From a virus (Duplodnaviria > Caudoviricetes): DNA of 64,000 nt. The notes beneath the pieces are model-generated. The model had not been told where the DNA came from, made no database searches, and saw nothing but the letters and a program-made list of their open reading frames with translations. Positions within the stretch are counted from its first letter, which is position 1; each line of letters starts with the position of its first letter. Shown here in pieces: positions 1 through 8,332 of this stretch. Location of the stretch: the IMG/VR virus record IMGVR_UViG_3300029928_000003. The stretch is one strand, 5' to 3'. Made by a program: the position numbers and the translations under genes.

Positions 1-1
1 T

Positions 2-100
2 CTGTGGAAACAGGTAGAGAAGACGGAGGGCGAGCCTGAGGGCGAATCTGAGGGCGAATCTGAGGGCGAATCTGAGGGCGAGAAGACGCCTGAGGCCTAA
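2..100 (+). CDS. 3' end of a partial CDS with an acidic (EGES)n tail
   Basis: Frame 2 reads LWKQVEKTEGEPEGESEGESEGESEGEKTPEA-TAA; followed by a terminator. Confidence 0.6.
   Translation: MWKQVEKTEGEPEGESEGESEGESEGEKTPEA
26..82 (+). repeat. 12-bp tandem repeat GAGGGCGAATCT (about 4.75 copies)
   Basis: Directly visible; in frame, encodes EGE(S/P). Confidence 0.9.
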
Positions 101-106
101 CCTCCC

Positions 107-138
107 GGAGAACGGCGAAAGTCGTTCTCCTTTTTTTT
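107..138 (+). terminator. Rho-independent terminator
   Basis: GGAGAACGGC-GAAA-GTCGTTCTCC hairpin followed by T8. Confidence 0.9.
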
Positions 139-488
139 AATGTTGTAAGGTTATTATATACTATAACATTTTATAAACCAAAAATTTATAAAAATTTTGT
201 AAGTAGTATATTTTAGCTTTACAACATTTCCTCCAAAGGTTGAAATTCCTTTTAATCGTCTAAAACGATTAATAAAATCCCCTATTATAAAGCATACCTT
301 AACGTGGTATAGGGGTTTTTAACTAAAATGCTAGTCTACCTTAAGTAAGTAGCCTTCTATGAATAATAGTAGTAGAAGATGCAGCTCTCAAAGTTCGCGA
401 GACTCAGCTGCCTAAATATTGAGTGTTAGCGTGATTAACAGCTCCAAAACCTATAACAAGTTACTTTAGGTGGGTAGGGCTTATTAAA

Positions 489-812
489 ATGGGAATAAAA
501 TTCTCATCAAACTTAGTGCTTACTGTTCTATTGAATAAAAAACTAAACGAGATAGCAGCTATCATACTGCTGTCTCAAAATGAAATAGCTCCCGAAAGAG
601 GGAGTATAATCTACACATGGGATCCAAATGAAACTGGGATCCCAGAAATATATAGTAGTGTTACAGCCTACAAGTATATAATAGGCTGTAACACGTATTA
701 TGTAGTGTTCCTGGGCGAAACAGTGAAATGTTTCGCTGACAGAAAATACTGCAGTGCTATATATGAAGAGGAGAGTAAACTCTTCTTCGGAGAGTACTTT
801 AATCCTGATTAA
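489..812 (+). CDS. hypothetical protein
   Basis: 107-aa ORF, no recognised motif. Confidence 0.5.
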   Translation: MGIKFSSNLVLTVLLNKKLNEIAAIILLSQNEIAPERGSIIYTWDPNETGIPEIYSSVTAYKYIIGCNTYYVVFLGETVKCFADRKYCSAIYEEESKLFFGEYFNPD

Positions 813-880
813 ATACAGTACAACCTAGGTAAGTTGTAAAACTGCCTACAATTTTTTATAAACAATCAAAAACTTTTATT

Positions 881-1190
881 ATGACAATATTTAAAAACTT
901 TACGCCACACTATAACCCTGAATAGTGGTGTGGCTTACCAATCTCAGGGTATAGCCAGAGTGGCAGCATCATTCTCATCCTTTGATGAGAATGGTGTATG
1001 CCACCAAGTGTTTGGCGACCTTACAGGCCTGCCTGCACCACAAGATAACGTGCGTTATATAGTTAGCGCACTTGTGCTTGCAGCAGGGAAGGCTCAGGGT
1101 CGTAAAGACCTTGTAGCACCTGCTACAGGCCATCCAGATTGTGTTCGCAAGGATGGCTTTATAGTAAGCGTGCCTGGCTTTGTTGACTAA
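881..1190 (+). pseudogene. phage protein with N-terminal NFTPH motif, frameshifted near 910
   Basis: ATG at 881 gives MTIFKNFTPH; coding continues in another frame (ITLNSGVAYQSQGIARV...) into ORF 930..1190. Confidence 0.6.
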
Positions 1191-1600
1191 GAATCGGAGG
1201 TTAATGCACCTTGGCAACAGAAGCATTTGGCTAATAGGAAAGACTATTATATTTTATAGTAGGTGTTATCTAACTATAACACCTACGGTATAATATAGTT
1301 TTAATTATCTTGAGTTAGAAGGATAATTTATTATCAACTATATTATACCTTTTCATTAAAAACTCAATATAAAAGATATTGGTTTTAAAGTATAACTTTA
1401 AAATTTCAGTATTTCCAAGTTGTTGAGGACGCCAGTTTTCCTAATTTCTTTGAAGAAGGTTTAGGCGTAAAACACGAACCCTTTTCTAGTTCGGATTTCG
1501 ATAGATTTCCGTGGTTAAAACTATGATGACATTGCTGGTGGAAAGTAACCTTAATTTAAATCACTATCTAATTTTGAATCCTTGATAGTGGGGTACCCAT

Positions 1601-1822
1601 ATGATAGGAAAAAATTCTATCGTAAAAAATGTGAGTGTTAAAATAGGCAAAGACATTATCGCAGTAACCGTACAACTTGATAAGTTGTATCGCATCTGCG
1701 ATATTAATTGCCCCAAAAAGCAAAGAGAGATTATTCTTTCTGCCTTTAGAGGGCGCCAAGGCAACTCTCCAATAGTTATGGAGGAGTTGTCAGAAGCATT
1801 AAATAGCATAGTAGACCTATAA
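1601..1822 (+). CDS. hypothetical protein
   Basis: 73-aa ORF co-oriented with neighbours. Confidence 0.45.
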   Translation: MIGKNSIVKNVSVKIGKDIIAVTVQLDKLYRICDINCPKKQREIILSAFRGRQGNSPIVMEELSEALNSIVDL

Positions 1823-1835
1823 TAACGTACTAAGC

Positions 1836-2201
1836 ATGTTTAATGCAAAAAATATAGCACCTGTTTTTAATACTCTTAAGCAGGTGCTAATTCTAAAAGG
1901 AAATCAATTTAGTCGTCAGACTATAATTGAAATCCTTGATAAATGTGGGTTCCCAAAAGGCGGTACAATGTACTTTGCTTTTATTAAATCGGGGATCGTA
2001 AGTCGTACAGGTAGGATATTCAGTTTTACTGATGTAAAGCCTACCTACTACAAAGAGCTCGAAAAGGTGTATAATGCCTATCGTGCTCTGGTTTATCAAT
2101 ACAATAAAAGTCAGAAACAAGAACCAAATATAGTTCTGACTGATAAATTATGTATTGAGTACCTAAAACAAAGAGGTTATAAAATATATAAAGAATGTTA
2201 A
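1836..2201 (+). CDS. hypothetical protein
   Basis: 121-aa ORF ending CIEYLKQRGYKI. Confidence 0.7.
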   Translation: MFNAKNIAPVFNTLKQVLILKGNQFSRQTIIEILDKCGFPKGGTMYFAFIKSGIVSRTGRIFSFTDVKPTYYKELEKVYNAYRALVYQYNKSQKQEPNIVLTDKLCIEYLKQRGYKIYKEC

Positions 2202-2364
2202 TTCTCTTTGTTTTAAAAGCAATAAATAATATATTTACATTGCTCAGTTACCACTAATCTATAAAGTGGTGACTTTTTGATATTTTCAACAAGAAAAATA
2301 TTGGAGTTTCTATATAACTCAAAAATATAGTGGTAAGTTGAATTATTGAGCAAAATTCAACTTA

Positions 2365-2410
2365 GGGATAGATGGGTCATTTATTATAGGTTCGATTCCT
2401 ATATATCCCA
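2365..2410 (+). pseudogene. tRNA remnant or minihelix (acceptor stem and T-arm only)
   Basis: GGGATA...ATAGG-TTCGATT-CCTAT-ATATCCC-A with only ~14 nt in place of the D and anticodon arms. Confidence 0.6.
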
Positions 2411-2418
2411 CAATTTAT

Positions 2419-2503
2419 GCCACCATGGTGGAATCGGTAGACATGAGGGACTTAAAATCCCTTGGTCATTGCGACCGTGTGGGTTCGAGTCCCACTGGTG
2501 GTA
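2419..2503 (+). tRNA. tRNA-Leu(TAA)
   Basis: GCCACCA/TGGTGGT acceptor, loop CT-TAA-AA, long variable arm, GTGGG-TTCGAGT-CCCAC. Confidence 0.95.
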
Positions 2504-2605
2504 CAATGTGTAGTAAGGCTATATAATTATTGTGAAATAATTAATTAGTCAATAGTTATTGTGATTGATAAAAAAAGAGTGCTATTGTGATAATAGTACT
2601 CTTTT

Positions 2606-2668
2606 GCTTTTAATGCTACTATCAATATGATAAGAGTTCCAAGTCTCTATAAAATGCAGAGGAAAAGT
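2606..2668 (+). ncRNA. twister ribozyme (type P1)
   Basis: P1 GCTTT/AAAGT, TAA, P2 TGC/GCA, P4 AGAG/CTCT, pseudoknots TCC/GGA and AC/GT, conserved GA. Confidence 0.85.
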
Positions 2669-2704
2669 AACAAGATTAAATAAAAATAAAAAAAACAAAC
2701 AAAA

Positions 2705-2998
2705 ATGAACAGCTTAATTAAGGTGAAAGTAGAATTTAAGAACAATGGAAATCCAATAAATGTTCAAGACATTTTTAAAGATTATCCACAACTTAAGTGG
2801 TATCTTGATGACTTTATGAAAGCCAAAGATAGTTTTATTTCAAAAGCCGAAGTTGTGGATAATCAAGTCCGAGACTGTGATATACGTAATGCACTCTTGG
2901 ATTGGTCAGTTAATGAAAGGGAGTCTGACAAGCTCTTCAAAATTGACCCAAAAGGGTTTCAATTTACATATACATTCTTATGTTATGTAGATTGTTAA
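2705..2998 (+). CDS. hypothetical protein
   Basis: 97-aa ORF after an A-rich leader, downstream of a twister. Confidence 0.75.
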   Translation: MNSLIKVKVEFKNNGNPINVQDIFKDYPQLKWYLDDFMKAKDSFISKAEVVDNQVRDCDIRNALLDWSVNERESDKLFKIDPKGFQFTYTFLCYVDC

Positions 2999-3092
2999 AC
3001 GCATTTAGGAATAAATAGTTTGTCATATATAAAATAAAACATATGAAATTATATAATTTTTTAAGTAAACATATCACAACCATATACTGGTT

Positions 3093-3338
3093 GTGTATAT
3101 CTTATTGTATAGTATTTATTTTAGTAGGACTTTTACATGTTTTATTAAAATGAAGAATTACAAACTATATAGTCCTGGTGATGAAGTAATTATCATTAGG
3201 ACACATAAAGATGACTTAAATAAAAAAGGAATAATCATAGAAGTAAATTGTTCCTATTGTAAAATCAAAATTGGAGACAAAGTATATAATCATACTTATG
3301 CCCAATTTAAAAAAGTTAATAAAAATGAAAACGATTAA
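3093..3338 (+). CDS. small KOW/SH3-like protein (start probably ATG at 3150)
   Basis: PGDEVIII...KKGIIIEV pattern. Confidence 0.5.
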   Translation: MYILLYSIYFSRTFTCFIKMKNYKLYSPGDEVIIIRTHKDDLNKKGIIIEVNCSYCKIKIGDKVYNHTYAQFKKVNKNEND

Positions 3339-3488
3339 ATATATTGGGCAGCTACTATTAATGGTATTTGGAATTGTAGTAATGACTATTAGTATGTACT
3401 TCTTAGGAGCTGCCTTAAACATTATATGATAAATATTTTCGTTGCAATAGGTTGTTAATACGGTCTGTGATAGATAGTATTAATGTTT

Positions 3489-3562
3489 GTTCTAATAACT
3501 CAATTGGATAGAGTAACACTCTTCTAAAGTGTAAGTTGTGGGTTCGAGTCCCACTTAGAACA
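3489..3562 (+). tRNA. tRNA-Arg(TCT)
   Basis: GTTCTAA/TTAGAAC acceptor, ACACT-CTTCTAA-AGTGT anticodon arm, canonical T-arm. Confidence 0.95.
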
Positions 3563-3695
3563 CAGATGCGTTAAGGATGTTAATTATTTTTGTTTTATAA
3601 AATATTATGTTATTGAGAAATAATATATGGTTAGAGAATTTTATAATTTTTCGTGAATTAAAAAGTGTTATGTTATTGTGAAATAACATAACACT

Positions 3696-3761
3696 GCTTT
3701 TAATGTAGCTTATCTTTATAAGATAAAGAGTCCAAAGCCTCTATAAATACAGATGGAAAGT
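3696..3761 (+). ncRNA. twister ribozyme (type P1)
   Basis: P1 GCTTT/AAAGT, TAA, P2 TGT/ACA, P3 TTATCT/AGATAA, P4 AGAG/CTCT, pseudoknots CCA/TGG and GC/GC. Confidence 0.9.
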
Positions 3762-3796
3762 TAACAAGATTATTAATTAAAAAATAAGAAATCAAG

Positions 3797-4045
3797 ATGA
3801 AAAAGTATCCCAGAACATCAACAATTGAAATTGATTGCGACCCTTGTACAGGTATGGGTCGTCAACAAAATCATTATGAAGCTATTTGTAAGCTTCTTAA
3901 TGTGAAGCCAGAACCAAGAATATCTGCTTTCTTTGGTTGCTGGGAATGGCCAATAACTTATAAAACAGCAGAAGACGAAGCAAAAGCCAAAGAGTTTTTG
4001 ACAGACCTATATAACTCTGGGTTATGTCGATACGCTTCTTGGTAA
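3797..4045 (+). CDS. hypothetical protein
   Basis: 82-aa ORF downstream of a twister. Confidence 0.75.
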   Translation: MKKYPRTSTIEIDCDPCTGMGRQQNHYEAICKLLNVKPEPRISAFFGCWEWPITYKTAEDEAKAKEFLTDLYNSGLCRYASW

Positions 4046-4087
4046 AATATATTTAATTAGTTGGATTCCTTTTTTTAATTTAAAATT

Positions 4088-4354
4088 ATGAAACATTATA
4101 TAGATTTAGAAGAAGTTTTAAAAAACTACACAGAAGTAGTAGTTCTTTCTTATGGTTATATGCAGTACAATCGCATATTTGGAAATCATTATGAACCATT
4201 TGCTCATAAAAGGCAAATTAAGTTTACTATTTCTAATGGAGAATTTTATAATCCTACATTTGAAATAGATGATTTACACCCAGAAGATTTCTATTTTTAT
4301 ATAGAAGATGGGGTTGTTTATGTAGACGATCCTGATATTTGTTGTTATGAATAA
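4088..4354 (+). CDS. hypothetical protein
   Basis: 88-aa ORF. Confidence 0.7.
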   Translation: MKHYIDLEEVLKNYTEVVVLSYGYMQYNRIFGNHYEPFAHKRQIKFTISNGEFYNPTFEIDDLHPEDFYFYIEDGVVYVDDPDICCYE

Positions 4355-4366
4355 AAAATTAGTAAA

Positions 4367-4756
4367 ATGAAAATATTAAAAATAAAATTTGAAAATAAAG
4401 TAAGAGTTAATAATACATATATTGAGTTTTTATATGTAAAAGACGATGATATTCTTTATTTATTAAAGGAATCATTAAATAAAAACTTTAGATATACTGT
4501 AATTAAAAAACTTGAAAATATTGATACAGTATCTAGAGATTTTATTAAAGAGATAGCACCTGCAATTGATGAAACTTTTAAAGCTAAAAAGGTATTTAAT
4601 GCATTATGCAGACCCAATACAGTTTTTGAAGTATTAGTAAAAGATAGCTATAAACCTTGTTTTAATATCGTAGGTTATAGTGAAAATGGTGTTTTAGTTA
4701 CTGTAAATCAATATTATGAATACAAGTTTGAAAACGATAATTTAGTTGTTAAATAA
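4367..4756 (+). CDS. hypothetical protein
   Basis: 129-aa ORF followed by a terminator. Confidence 0.7.
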   Translation: MKILKIKFENKVRVNNTYIEFLYVKDDDILYLLKESLNKNFRYTVIKKLENIDTVSRDFIKEIAPAIDETFKAKKVFNALCRPNTVFEVLVKDSYKPCFNIVGYSENGVLVTVNQYYEYKFENDNLVVK

Positions 4757-4761
4757 ATTAT

Positions 4762-4794
4762 GGGCATACTTTTTAGTATGCCCTTTATTTTTTT
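4762..4794 (+). terminator. Rho-independent terminator
   Basis: GGGCATACT-TTTT-AGTATGCCC followed by a T tract. Confidence 0.8.
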
Positions 4795-4798
4795 AATT

Positions 4799-5101
4799 AT
4801 GAAATATACTATTGAAAATTCTTTTTATGAAATTAAATGTGTAGTAAATTCTATTGCAAATATACAAGAAAAGGTATTTCTTATTAAAACAGATAATGAT
4901 AACTATGCGAATGTGAAGAATGATATTTTATCTATTATAACGCAAATAGTAGGATATAAACCTATTTCTAAAAAGAGATATGATATGCTAAATAGGTTTA
5001 AACCTTCTTTTGAAAACTATTTAAGAAGATATTATAAACTTAGATATAATAAAGATTTAGAATCTTATATATTTACAATAATTATTCCTATAGATAAATG
5101 A
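4799..5101 (+). CDS. hypothetical protein
   Basis: ORF 4760..5101; start moved to the ATG after the terminator. Confidence 0.6.
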   Translation: MKYTIENSFYEIKCVVNSIANIQEKVFLIKTDNDNYANVKNDILSIITQIVGYKPISKKRYDMLNRFKPSFENYLRRYYKLRYNKDLESYIFTIIIPIDK

Positions 5102-5352
5102 ATTCAATAACAATCAATGAGAAATTCTATATAATATTAGATGAAACTCATAAATATAATGATGAGATAGATAAGGTGGAAAATAATTATATTCTTTATA
5201 AAGATAATGCATTATTTAATGCTTATAATCAAACTTATGAAGAATGTGAATTTTCAGATAAAGGTCCAATAATACTTTCTATGGAATCTAAATTTAATAT
5301 TTATAAAATAATAGACGGAGTTTTTATTCCCGAAATAGAAAAATATCTTTAA
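5098..5352 (+). CDS. hypothetical protein
   Basis: 84 aa, ATGA overlap with the previous gene. Confidence 0.65.
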   Translation: MNSITINEKFYIILDETHKYNDEIDKVENNYILYKDNALFNAYNQTYEECEFSDKGPIILSMESKFNIYKIIDGVFIPEIEKYL

Positions 5353-5359
5353 TTAAAGA

Positions 5360-5391
5360 TTTGTAAAATTACATTAATTATAATAAATTTG
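5360..5391 (+). promoter_or_regulatory. Bacteroidota-type -33/-7 promoter
   Basis: TTTG-N20-TAAATTTG matches the TTTG / TAnnTTTG consensus. Confidence 0.7.
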
Positions 5392-5447
5392 TTATTAGAA
5401 TTAATTTTTTTAATATTAAAAATAATAAATTAAATTTTTAAAAAACT

Positions 5448-5615
5448 ATGAAAAAAATATTTTTTGCGGTAATTGCCGCTAGTTTATTTATGGTATCTTG
5501 TGGTAATACTAATAAAGCAAATACGGTTAAAGATACTACGATTGTTGATACAGCTAATGTAGATTCTACAATGATTGATTCTCTTGCTGTAGATTCTGCA
5601 TCAGCAGTTCACTAA
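5448..5615 (+). CDS. small lipoprotein (55 aa) with repeated D-S/T motifs
   Basis: MKKIFFAVIAASLFMVSCGNTNKANTVKDTTIVDTANVDSTMIDSLAVDSASAVH; signal peptide II with VSC lipobox; below the ORF-track cutoff. Confidence 0.85.
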   Translation: MKKIFFAVIAASLFMVSCGNTNKANTVKDTTIVDTANVDSTMIDSLAVDSASAVH

Positions 5616-5664
5616 TTTAATATTCTGTTTTCTTAAAAGTTTCAGTAAAAAACTTTTAATTTTA

Positions 5665-5736
5665 GCTCTTGTGGAGTAATGGTTAGCTCGTCAGATTTTC
5701 ATTCTGGAAATTTGGGTTCAATTCCCAACAAGAGTA
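5665..5736 (+). tRNA. tRNA-Glu(TTC)
   Basis: GCTCTTG/CAAGAGT acceptor, TCAGA-TTTTCAT-TCTGG, T-loop TTCAATT. Confidence 0.9.
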
Positions 5737-5802
5737 CTTTTTGTTTTCCATTTTGATTGTTGTTTTATTATTATTCTTACTAGTAATTAGTAGGAATAAT
5801 AT

Positions 5803-5875
5803 GCGGAAGTAGCTCAGTTGATAGAGCATCAGCCTTCCAAGCTGAGGGTCGCGAGTTTGAGCCTCGTCTTCCGCT
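5803..5875 (+). tRNA. tRNA-Gly(TCC)
   Basis: GCGGAAG/CTTCCGC acceptor, TCAGC-CTTCCAA-GCTGA; T-loop is TTTGAGC rather than TTCGAGC. Confidence 0.92.
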
Positions 5876-5878
5876 CTT
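5859..5878 (+). repeat. 20-bp direct repeat, copy 1 (tRNA-Gly 3' end)
   Basis: GAGCCTCGTCTTCCGCTCTT identical to 11491..11510. Confidence 0.95.
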
Positions 5879-5915
5879 GTTTAATATATAATAATTAAAT
5901 TTATAATAAACGGAG

Positions 5916-6353
5916 TTGTTAATTCCCGCAATTCATGAAAAACTGAATAAGGTTTATGCAAAACACTTTGAAATAAACGTGTTGAAACCTAAAATACTTC
6001 CTAAAGAAGCTTATTACGCTCCAAGAAATCGCTATTTATCAAATGTTTTATTACGTGATTTGAATTGTAATTCCAAGACCTATATCATATACGCATAAAG
6101 ATGTATCCCACAAAATACACGGAAGTAAAAATTATGGGATTGACTCCTTTAGGCGGAAACAAATCTATAGTGTCCGATTATAGATGCAAGGGAAACTCCT
6201 TTATTGCGGTCATAATTCATGAATTTGGACATGGCTTTTATAAGGCATTGTTCTAATCCTAATTGCATAATGTGTGATTACCAAAAACATAAAGGAAAAC
6301 CTTTTGTTTTTATCACCAATTTATGCACGCAACAGACTTCTCTGATTAACTAA
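5916..6353 (+). pseudogene. frameshifted archaemetzincin-like (M54) zinc peptidase
   Basis: Fragments in different frames: AYYAPRNRY; VIIHEFGHGF; HCSNPNCIM...LC, matching the HExGHxxxxxHC-x4-CxM signature. Confidence 0.7.
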
Positions 6354-6661
6354 TATATCTATACGAGCGATGGTAATTGTATAAAATCTAAAAAGTATGG
6401 TAAACTTAGAATCGATTGTTTAGTAATAGGTCTCATTTACTGTATCTTTTAGATATTATATTTACTCTATCTTCATAGACTAAGTAAATAACTATTTATT
6501 AATCTTTTAAAATTTAAATTAAAAATGAAACAAGTAAAAAAAGCAATTAAATGGTATTTAATGAATGTAGAAAAATCTTATGTAAGTCTTCCTGATGGAA
6601 CATTTCCTTACTTTTATATTCATTAAATAAGAAACAATGTTAGAATATATAATTCTAACTT

Positions 6662-6716
6662 ATTGTAATGCTAGCATTGAAGGTTACAACTCCTTATGAA
6701 AAAAGCAGAGTACAAT
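6662..6716 (+). ncRNA. twister ribozyme (type P1, no P3)
   Basis: P1 ATTG/CAAT, TAA, P2 TGCT/AGCA, P4 AAGG/CCTT, pseudoknots TAC/GTA and AG/CT, conserved GA. Confidence 0.8.
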
Positions 6717-6747
6717 TAATTTTCGTTTAATTAAAAAATTAGTAAAG

Positions 6748-7020
6748 ATGAGACATTTAAGTATTTTATTATTTCTTTTAATGGGTTTTTCATTAAGTTC
6801 CCAAACTTATAAAATTCAAGGTAATAATATTATATGTATGCAGAAAGTAGATAAATTAACTTCTTTTACTTATCAAGATAAAGATGGTACAATTTATCCT
6901 GTATATATAAATAGTAAAGGTAAGTTTTACATTAAAAAGATTTCTAAGAAGACTGGTAAAGAATATAGATATTATCTTCCTAAAGAAATTCAAGAACAAT
7001 TAAATCAATTATATAATTAA
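6748..7020 (+). CDS. secreted hypothetical protein
   Basis: N-terminal signal peptide; C-terminal KISKKTGKEYRYYL. Confidence 0.75.
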   Translation: MRHLSILLFLLMGFSLSSQTYKIQGNNIICMQKVDKLTSFTYQDKDGTIYPVYINSKGKFYIKKISKKTGKEYRYYLPKEIQEQLNQLYN

Positions 7021-7024
7021 AAAT

Positions 7025-8329
7025 ATGCCACAAAGAGGATATTTTGTTTCTCCTAGAGATGGACGAACATATAAATATGGACAATAGGTAACTATTGGTA
7101 ATAAAGTATATCAAGAGAATTCAGACGGATCTCGTACTCTTATTAGATATTCTAATGGTACTCCTAATTACGATCTTACCCCTACTGGTTCTTATATAAC
7201 AAGAATAGAAAACCCAGATAGCGCGGGCTATGTTAATGGACGTTGGTATAATAAAGCCTATACTGATAAACATAAAAATGGCCCGCGTGTTTGGGATTCT
7301 AATTAGATAGGAATAGGTATTGACACAAGAGAAAATAATAATCCAGTTGTACAATAGTATTTACGAAATACTGGTCAATATAAATATATTAATGAAGATG
7401 ATGAACATTTTGTAAGGCAAAGTACTATTAAAGAAAAAGATGACACTCTTAATAGATTAATGAGAAAGTATAATATTAATATTAACTTATCTCCTAATAA
7501 GAGAGCTATGGCTTTAGGTATGATATATCAAGGACTAGCTAATCAATTGTTCAATCCTAAAACCCCATTAGCAAGACAACTTCAAAATGCTTTTACTAAT
7601 GGTACCGATAAACAATTTGCAGATTCTATAACAAATTTCTATAATGTATTCTAGAATGGTAGATTTCGAGAAAGAGCAAAATAGAATCAAGAATATTGGA
7701 GTACCAGACTGTATAATGGCGGTAAAATTAGATAGTTTTAGACTGGGGGAAAATCTCCAGAATAGAGTGCTGTAAATAGAGCACAGTCTCCTTATGGGGA
7801 ATATTATAAAGCATAGGATGTTAATGAAAGTATACCATGGTATATTTCTCGTGCAGCAGCTAGATATATAAAAGATAATATTGCTAGTTGGTTTCCTTCG
7901 GGAGTATCTAATTGCACTTTAACTGCTACTCATTGGGTAGATCCTGAAAATAATCTTATGAGAGCCGCAAGTATTTGGAATAATCCTAATAATTATAATT
8001 ATAGTCAAATACCTTCAGATATTGCGATTCCGGGCAATTTAATAATTGCCCAAAATCCATCCAATAAGACTTTTCATACTATGATGATAAGTGGCTTTGC
8101 TGATAAAGATTACCAGTATAATTTTCATGGAAATAAAGTATATCCTGTACATAAAGGAGATATATTAGTAAATTATAGTCGTGGTGGAAATAATCAAAGT
8201 GATTTTGTAAATAACATACCTTTATCAGTTTACTTAGATAATAGCGAAGGGAAGAATAAAATTAGATATTATAGGTACAACTATCCAGATTCTGTATTAT
8301 TAAATGAAATTAAAATTACTCCTCATTAA
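7025..8329 (+). CDS. TAG-recoded 434-aa protein; putative lysozyme-like plus CHAP/NlpC-P60-like domains
   Basis: Single frame ATG to TAA with 9 in-frame TAG and no TAA/TGA; joins track ORFs 7460 and 7958; motifs IENP...IGIGID, NCT...HTMM, GGKI-RQFQTGG. Confidence 0.8.
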
Positions 8330-8332
8330 AAT

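Noticed and set aside
26-82. CRISPR array
   Set aside because: Contiguous 12-bp units with no spacers, in frame within a CDS
1521-1545. Hammerhead ribozyme (ATGATGA...GAAA)
   Set aside because: C3 is missing, and there is no UH cleavage site or stem III in the right place
3521-3527. tRNA at 3489 as a CUA amber suppressor
   Set aside because: The loop is CT-TCT-AA inside a perfect 5-bp stem; the anticodon is TCT (Arg) and CTA is off-register
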